Positions 58,406 to 64,000 of a DNA stretch of 64,000 nt are shown in pieces. The stretch's first letter is position 1; each line of letters begins with the position of its first letter. This DNA comes from an uncultured delta proteobacterium (GTDB taxonomy: Bacteria; Desulfobacterota; Desulfobacteria; Desulfobacterales; QNYZ01), in the NCBI GenBank assembly GCA_963845145.1, contig CAWJQU010000004.1, positions 288,001-352,000 on the forward strand, given 5' to 3'. The notes under the pieces are model-generated. The model was not told the DNA's origin, did no database searches, and saw only the letters and a list, made by a program, of their open reading frames with translations. The position numbers and the translations under genes were made by a program.

Positions 58406-60193
58406 TTACACCCAATAGAGTGCCCTGGACAATCTCCGACGATCCAAAGTGGCTGTGGGCCGCAGACGCAGTTCGATTTCCCTGCCATCCACGACCAGGC
58501 GTCTTAACTCGGTGGTTAATACGCGCAAACGATCATAGGTGATCAGATCCATATGTTGCTTTCTTGAAAGAGGGCGGCGGTAAGAACCGGTAGGTATGGG
58601 AGGACGTGTTTTGATGTCGAGAGATGTTCGGTTCGTTACACTCCCTTTTCTCAACACCAATAGAAACTTACGGCCATCTCCGGCCAATGGGGATGTCCAG
58701 GCCAGAGAGGACTCGCTGAGCAAGCAAAACCAGCGTGCGCGACGGATCAGATGGGCCGATTTGCGAATGACATGTTCAATAGCCTGACTGACCCGTTCCG
58801 GATTCCATCCATTCGACGCTTCTTCGGCCCCAGGTTTTTCGGTGGTGCTAATATCCGCTTCGCCGGGCTCTTCTTGGTCACGCTGTTCAATTTGTTCGCG
58901 CCAAAAGCGTGCCCCCAAGCCCGTCAGGACGCTCAATGGATGACTCGGGCCCTTCTGTTTTAAGGCATGCCGATACCGATCCAAAAAAAGGCCGATACCC
59001 TCGTGCAGACAATCTTTTTCAGGGGCATAATCCTTCGGAATGGCGAGCAAGGCGCCGGCTGTTGCTTCAAACGCAGGATTTTCATTTTTAAAGTCACTTT
59101 TCAACAGGCTTCCAAATGCGGTCATTGCCGTTGTTAATGGTCCCGAAGGCAGGGGACCGATCGGATGGTGGATATCCGACGTGTTAACAAACCGTTGAAA
59201 GCCCTGACCGGTAAAAACAAGCCGGCGCCGGCCTCGCCGCAAGGCTACGTTATACGGTGGCGATTGATTTTTAATTTCGTCGGTTTCCAAAAGGGCGGCT
59301 TCCAGCGCCGAGTCAGTGACGGTGAAATCAAGTCTGTAGGCCTGCGTCAACATTTCCAGGATATGTTCTGACAAAGCGCTGCGGGGGCGGAAATAGCTGT
59401 TGACCCGCTTTTTGAGCGACGCGGCTTTACCGATATAGAGCACATCGGCGTTTGTCCGTAACATGCGATAAATTCCCGGTTGGTCAGGTACCCGTTGCTT
59501 ATCGCCACTATCCATGGGATACGCGCGGTTCCGGCTTTTGGCGGGGGGCGGGCTTTGCATCCACACAACGAGATCATCCATGGTCCGAATGTGCTGTTTC
59601 TGTGCCAACAATGAAACCAATTGTCGCCAGATCCAAGCCGTGGCGCGGGCATGATCGGCGCTTCGTTTTCTCTCCGGCAAGGAATAGCCAAAAAATCCGG
59701 CAACCGCGCGCAACCCCTTGCGGGGCAAGTCCGGCAATAACCGCCTAACGATTTCATGGGTGCATATAATTTGGAATATGGACCCGTAAGGGCGATAAAT
59801 ATTGGGTGAAGAATCATTGCCCGATATGAAATCGTGTAGAAAAGGCTTTTCAAAACGGGCAAAATGGATCACCGTCGGGCATTTTGCGGACTGGTTGGCA
59901 GCCATAACCCGCTCGACGACACGGTAAAGTTTTTGACGGACGTCACCCCTTTCTAAACCATCCATGAGATCATCCTGAGTAATGCCGGTGATCCTTTGAA
60001 TCGGTCGGGCCAATTCTTGTTGGTTGTGGGATTTGAACAAAAAGGCGCAAACTTTGGGTTCATTGGGGCCTTGAATGTCGCTGGCTGTTGTTTCAACCCA
60101 GCCGATTTCCAACATCCTGCCTTTGTCCGGGGTTGCCCCGGTTGTCTGGCAATCCAGGGCCAGGACATTTAGCTTGTCAAGCGAAGTGATCAT
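58406..60193 (-). CDS. DEDD-exonuclease-like domain plus GIY-YIG (UvrC/Cho-like) nuclease
   Basis: LDCQTTG and HFARFE (divergent DEDD motifs); PGIYRM...LYIGKA..LKKRVNSYF and PPYN. Confidence 0.8.
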   Translation of the reverse strand: MITSLDKLNVLALDCQTTGATPDKGRMLEIGWVETTASDIQGPNEPKVCAFLFKSHNQQELARPIQRITGITQDDLMDGLERGDVRQKLYRVVERVMAANQSAKCPTVIHFARFEKPFLHDFISGNDSSPNIYRPYGSIFQIICTHEIVRRLLPDLPRKGLRAVAGFFGYSLPERKRSADHARATAWIWRQLVSLLAQKQHIRTMDDLVVWMQSPPPAKSRNRAYPMDSGDKQRVPDQPGIYRMLRTNADVLYIGKAASLKKRVNSYFRPRSALSEHILEMLTQAYRLDFTVTDSALEAALLETDEIKNQSPPYNVALRRGRRRLVFTGQGFQRFVNTSDIHHPIGPLPSGPLTTAMTAFGSLLKSDFKNENPAFEATAGALLAIPKDYAPEKDCLHEGIGLFLDRYRHALKQKGPSHPLSVLTGLGARFWREQIEQRDQEEPGEADISTTEKPGAEEASNGWNPERVSQAIEHVIRKSAHLIRRARWFCLLSESSLAWTSPLAGDGRKFLLVLRKGSVTNRTSLDIKTRPPIPTGSYRRPLSRKQHMDLITYDRLRVLTTELRRLVVDGREIELRLRPTATLDRRRLSRALYWV

Positions 60194-60312
60194 TGTTTCT
60201 CACGCCATTGGTTGCTCACACTGGTCAATAAAATCAGGATATGTTAGAAAAGTCTAAAAATGTAACCTTGTATTGTAACACCGGGTGTTCGCCAAGCCTA
60301 TTTTAAATACTT

Positions 60313-61005
60313 ATGCATCTTAATTGCCGCCATATTTCGTATAAATATCCGGGCAGCGTCAATGACGTTTTCAGGAACCTTTCCCTGGATATCGAAAAAC
60401 CGGGCCTTCACGCCCTGTTTGGACCATCGGGTGTCGGCAAGACATCCCTGGCCAAAATAATCACCGGTGACATGACCGGCTACACCGGGGAGGTCCATGC
60501 GGACGGCATGGACACCCTGCTTTATTCCTACAACACGGAAAGGCTTCCTGGTTGGTCAGGTGTCGGAAACCATCTGGACAAAATCACGGCGGAGAAGCAT
60601 CGATCAAAAAGAGAGGTGTTGACCGACATTTTCGGGGTGAATGACCATTTGGATTCGCGATTTTCACAACTATCCCTTGGCCAGCAAAACCGTGTCAACC
60701 TGTTGCGGTACCTTCTTCAGGATTTCCAGTTGTTAATCATGGATGAAAGCCTCGCAAATGTCGATGAACGCACGCGTGAGAAAATCCTCTTGTGTATGAA
60801 GGATATGTTTCCCGATGTCATTTTTCTATATATTTCCCACAACCTGGTTGAGGTTTCAAAATTTTGCGATCAAATCATTGTATTTCGGGATGTTCACAAA
60901 CAACCTCAAACAACGCTTGTCAACGGCCAAAACCATCGGAACGGTTATCCTGCAAGCAAGGACGGTTTAGAAACAACCATGTTGGAGATCATGAATGTTT
61001 CTTAG
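60313..61005 (+). CDS. ABC transporter ATP-binding protein
   Basis: GPSGVGKT, LSLGQ, IMDE and ISHN. Confidence 0.88.
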   Translation: MHLNCRHISYKYPGSVNDVFRNLSLDIEKPGLHALFGPSGVGKTSLAKIITGDMTGYTGEVHADGMDTLLYSYNTERLPGWSGVGNHLDKITAEKHRSKREVLTDIFGVNDHLDSRFSQLSLGQQNRVNLLRYLLQDFQLLIMDESLANVDERTREKILLCMKDMFPDVIFLYISHNLVEVSKFCDQIIVFRDVHKQPQTTLVNGQNHRNGYPASKDGLETTMLEIMNVS

Positions 61006-61744
61006 AAGGATCTATCAATTTCTGATTTTCTACTTTTTAGGGCTTTTCATCCTTGAGTTGCTTAAATACGCACTGAATCTTTCCGACTACGTGATTCCCA
61101 GCCCCGCCAACCTGATTGAGACCGGCAGGCAGGTTTATGCTCGATATTTTTCCCATGTCCTCAACACGCTTTCCGTCGCAATTATCGGGCAGGTGATTTC
61201 CATCTGTCTGGCGCTGATCGTCGGGGTTGCCGGACGGCGAACCACCTGGTTCGGCTCTTTTATAAAAGCGGCGGCATATAATATTCAAGCCTATCCGATC
61301 GTGGCCATCGCGCCGATCATTTTTATCTTACTGGGTGATGGATTTACATCAAGATTGCTGATTGCCGCCATGATCTGTTATTTCCCAATCCTATTGTCGG
61401 TACTCGGTATCATGTCCGAGCCGGTATCCGATATCGAGCATTTTTACCGTGTAACCAATCGTATGCGTTGGCAATTAGAGGTTAAGATCCGCGCATTCGA
61501 AAATTTGCATAAATTGACCACGGTGATCGCCGGGAGTGCGACTCTGGCAGTGGCCGGAACGATTGTCGCCGAATTTATTGCGGCCAATGCCGGCATTGGA
61601 TACAGTATTCGCATCGCCTTGTATCAAAGTGATCTTTCGAAAATTTTAATCGCCCTGTTTCTCATCGGGATCTCTTTGTCCGTCTATCAGGGAGCTCTGG
61701 AGGTGACCGGTGCGCGGATAAAAAAGACATGGGCGGGCATGTAA
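60995..61744 (+). CDS. ABC transporter permease (SsuC/TauC-like)
   Basis: IPSP, PIVAIAP and IVAEFIAANAGIG; overlaps the ATPase stop. Confidence 0.88.
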   Translation: MFLRRIYQFLIFYFLGLFILELLKYALNLSDYVIPSPANLIETGRQVYARYFSHVLNTLSVAIIGQVISICLALIVGVAGRRTTWFGSFIKAAAYNIQAYPIVAIAPIIFILLGDGFTSRLLIAAMICYFPILLSVLGIMSEPVSDIEHFYRVTNRMRWQLEVKIRAFENLHKLTTVIAGSATLAVAGTIVAEFIAANAGIGYSIRIALYQSDLSKILIALFLIGISLSVYQGALEVTGARIKKTWAGM

Positions 61745-61801
61745 AAATCAATACGCCAATCAAGCACCGTTAGGGTATACAACGCATAAGGTGGTAAAAC
61801 C

Positions 61802-62806
61802 ATGACTCGTTTTCTGAAAACAACCATTCCAGCGGGGCTCCTTTGGGGCCTTTTTATCGCCATGGGTTTGATTCTTCTTTCACCGATTACAATAGTGGCG
61901 GCAGAAAAAATTAATTACCGGCTCAAATGGCTTTTTAATGCCAGCGTGGCGGGGGATATTGTGGCCGATGCCAACGGCCTGTTTGCCCAGGCCGGCCTCG
62001 ATGTTACCGTCAAAGAAGGCGGCCCCGAGCGGGACGCCATTCGAGAGCTGGAACTCGGCCATGCCCAATTTGGGGTTGCTTCCGCCGATCAAGTGATTCG
62101 CGCGTTGTCTAAAGGGTCGCCGGTGGTTGTCATCGCACAGTTGTTCCAGGTAAATCCGTTGCAGTGGATCTACAGGGTAAAAGATGTCCAGTTGGAAAAA
62201 ATCGAGGATCTAAGAGGGCAAAAAATCGGTATTACCTATGGCGGCAACGACGAGACCATCATGCGTACCCTGTTGGCCAAAGCCAATCTTAGCGAAAACG
62301 ACGTATCGCTGTTTAGTGTACGATATGATTACACCCCTTTTTTTCGACGTAAAGTGGATATATGGCCCTGTTACATCAATTCCCAGGGGCCGCTGTTAAA
62401 AAAGAAACTCAGTGAGGCGGGCGAAGATGTGGCCTTTTTCAATCCGGCTGAGTTCGGGATCAAGTTTGTGGCCAATTCCGTGGTAACCTCGGCGGCGCTG
62501 CTTAAAAGCGATCCGGATTTGGTAGCGACGTTTGCCACTGCATTGTTAAAAGGGTGGCGGCAAGCTTTAGATCCGGCCCATCACCAGAAGACCATCGATC
62601 TGTTGCAAAAGGTTGATCAAGACACACCTCTCGACCTTTTGGGAAAACAACTCGATCTAACCCGTAATTTAATCCAGCCGGAACCAATGGTCGCCATCGG
62701 CGCTATTGATGTTGAGGCGTGGCGTCAAACGGAAGCGATCATGCTTGCCCAGAACGTGATCCAAAAACCTGTCAATGTGGTGGAGATACTAAAACCTCAT
62801 AAATAA
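61802..62806 (+). CDS. ABC substrate-binding protein, NMT1/THI5-like
   Basis: RLKWLFNA, GLFAQAGLDVTVKEGGP and DLRGQKIG; signal peptide. Confidence 0.85.
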   Translation: MTRFLKTTIPAGLLWGLFIAMGLILLSPITIVAAEKINYRLKWLFNASVAGDIVADANGLFAQAGLDVTVKEGGPERDAIRELELGHAQFGVASADQVIRALSKGSPVVVIAQLFQVNPLQWIYRVKDVQLEKIEDLRGQKIGITYGGNDETIMRTLLAKANLSENDVSLFSVRYDYTPFFRRKVDIWPCYINSQGPLLKKKLSEAGEDVAFFNPAEFGIKFVANSVVTSAALLKSDPDLVATFATALLKGWRQALDPAHHQKTIDLLQKVDQDTPLDLLGKQLDLTRNLIQPEPMVAIGAIDVEAWRQTEAIMLAQNVIQKPVNVVEILKPHK

Positions 62807-62823
62807 AACGGGGTTTCCATGCC

Positions 62824-63696
62824 ATGACCAAACTCAGAATAGGAACATGCAGCTGGAAATACCCATCCTGGAAGGGGCTAGTCTATTCCGCCGCCAAAGG
62901 AATAAACTATCTTGAAGAATACGCCAAACGGTATTCAACCGTCGAAGTCGATCAGTGGTTCTGGTCTCTGTTTGAGAGTAGTAAAGTCAAACTGCCCCGC
63001 AAAGAAGATGTGGCCGAATACCGTCGTTCGGTGCCCGATAATTTCCAATTCAGTATCAAAGCCCCTAACAGTCTTACCCTGACCCATTATTATAAAAAAC
63101 GAAAAACCGACCCGTTGATTCACAATCCCCATTTTTTGTCCAGGGAGCTATGGCAGGATTTCATGGCGTCCATGGCGCCCCTTAAAGATGTTTTGGGCCC
63201 TGTCATTCTTCAGTTCGAATATTTAAACAAACAAAAGATGGATACCCAGGCTCATTTTATGAACCGTTTGGAAAAGTTTTTTAACGAAGTCGGGAGCGTG
63301 GACTATCTGGCCGTGGAAACTAGAAATCCGTATTACTTGAATGCGAGATTTTTCGATTTTTTAAAACACCATCAAGCGGCACCCGTGCTGTTGCACGGTT
63401 ACTGGATGCCGCCGGTAACGGTTCTTTATCATAAGTGGCGGGAAAAGATCCTCAACCACGAAACCGTGGTTATCAGATTACATGGGACCGATCGAAATGA
63501 TATCGAAAAACGAACCGGAAATCGGTGGGACGAAATCGTGGCCCCTATGGATAAAGAGCTGGCGGGAATCGCCAATATGGTTAAAGACTTGGTTGAACAC
63601 GGTGTGAATGTCTTTTTCAATGTGAATAATCACTATGAGGGGTCGGCACCACTGACCATCGAGAAGTTGTCCGGACTGCTTAAGTCCATCAGCTAG
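62824..63696 (+). CDS. DUF72-family protein
   Basis: IGTCSWKYPSW, TVEVD, FSIKAP..LTH, LQF, IRLHG and NNHYEG. Confidence 0.9.
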   Translation: MTKLRIGTCSWKYPSWKGLVYSAAKGINYLEEYAKRYSTVEVDQWFWSLFESSKVKLPRKEDVAEYRRSVPDNFQFSIKAPNSLTLTHYYKKRKTDPLIHNPHFLSRELWQDFMASMAPLKDVLGPVILQFEYLNKQKMDTQAHFMNRLEKFFNEVGSVDYLAVETRNPYYLNARFFDFLKHHQAAPVLLHGYWMPPVTVLYHKWREKILNHETVVIRLHGTDRNDIEKRTGNRWDEIVAPMDKELAGIANMVKDLVEHGVNVFFNVNNHYEGSAPLTIEKLSGLLKSIS

Positions 63697-64000
63697 TAGA
63701 TTCTTCTTTCGGGTGCAAAATTTCCTGCACTTTTGTGATTAAAGCGTTGACAGTGAAAGGTTTTGGCAAAAAATCGATATCGTTTTCAAAAATCCCCTGG
63801 TTGACAATGACATCGGGTGTATACCCGGATATGAAAAGGGATTTGATGCCTGGTTTGATTTTTTCAATTCGTTTTCGTAACGCTTTACCGTTCATCTCGG
63901 GCATCACCACATCCGTCACTAATAGGTCTATGTCTCCTTGTTCATTTTCGGCTATGGCAATAGCCTCCGACGGACATTGTGCTGGAAGAATTTTATATCC
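63689..64000 (-). CDS. C-terminal response-regulator receiver domain (probably of a hybrid kinase), 5' end outside the window
   Basis: IDLLVTDVVMPEMNG, FISGY and LPKPF; the frame stays open to the window edge. Confidence 0.85.
   Translation of the reverse strand, partial: GYKILPAQCPSEAIAIAENEQGDIDLLVTDVVMPEMNGKALRKRIEKIKPGIKSLFISGYTPDVIVNQGIFENDIDFLPKPFTVNALITKVQEILHPKEESTS

Noticed and set aside
60194..60312. TPP riboswitch upstream of the THI5-like ABC transporter
   Set aside because: No CTGAGA...ACCTG core, and the gap is a short divergent promoter region, so the substrate is left unassigned.
275..63620. Numerous short overlapping or antisense ORFs in the track (e.g. 807-1511, 3143-3646, 51198-51803, 57165-57971)
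   Set aside because: They are shadows of well-supported genes on the other strand or frame and carry no family motifs.

Overview
A 64-kb chromosomal window that looks like it comes from an anaerobic deltaproteobacterium (Desulfobacterales-like; inferred from gene content and repeat families). No rRNA, tRNA, CRISPR array or intact transposase was recognised. (1) 6.0-17.8 kb is a selenium/arsenic-type island. Three genes that the ORF track cuts at TGA continue in frame, with the TGA at a conserved Cys position and a SECIS-like hairpin right behind it: an ArsS-type radical SAM, a secreted rhodanese and an orphan PrdB/GrdB-like reductase subunit. They sit with a TIGR04282-type transferase, an ECF sigma/anti-sigma pair, a disulfide oxidoreductase, an AhpD-like protein, a LysR regulator, a YyaL-type protein, DUF3047 and a GMP reductase/IMPDH-like enzyme. 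No arsM and no prdA are in the window. (2) There are integron-type gene cassettes with no integrase: a solo DUF3124 cassette whose attC is followed by a group II intron-like 5' fragment, and a small array at 37.5-40.5 kb carrying a nuclease-DUF2075 helicase. (3) 40.7-48.1 kb is a possible unconventional signalling locus: a zinc ribbon-pseudokinase-TM-trypsin-TPR protein, split at a CCC-TGA site, lies divergent from a PEP-synthase-like phosphotransferase and a CX5R phosphatase. (4) Other oddities are an inactive-HD/HSP90-ATPase protein, a RibBA whose RibB half is degenerate, a 34-aa helical repeat protein, dispersed palindromic repeats and in-frame micro-repeat expansions. Several genes carry single-base frameshifts that may be assembly errors. 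All family assignments come from recognising motifs by eye; no searches were run.
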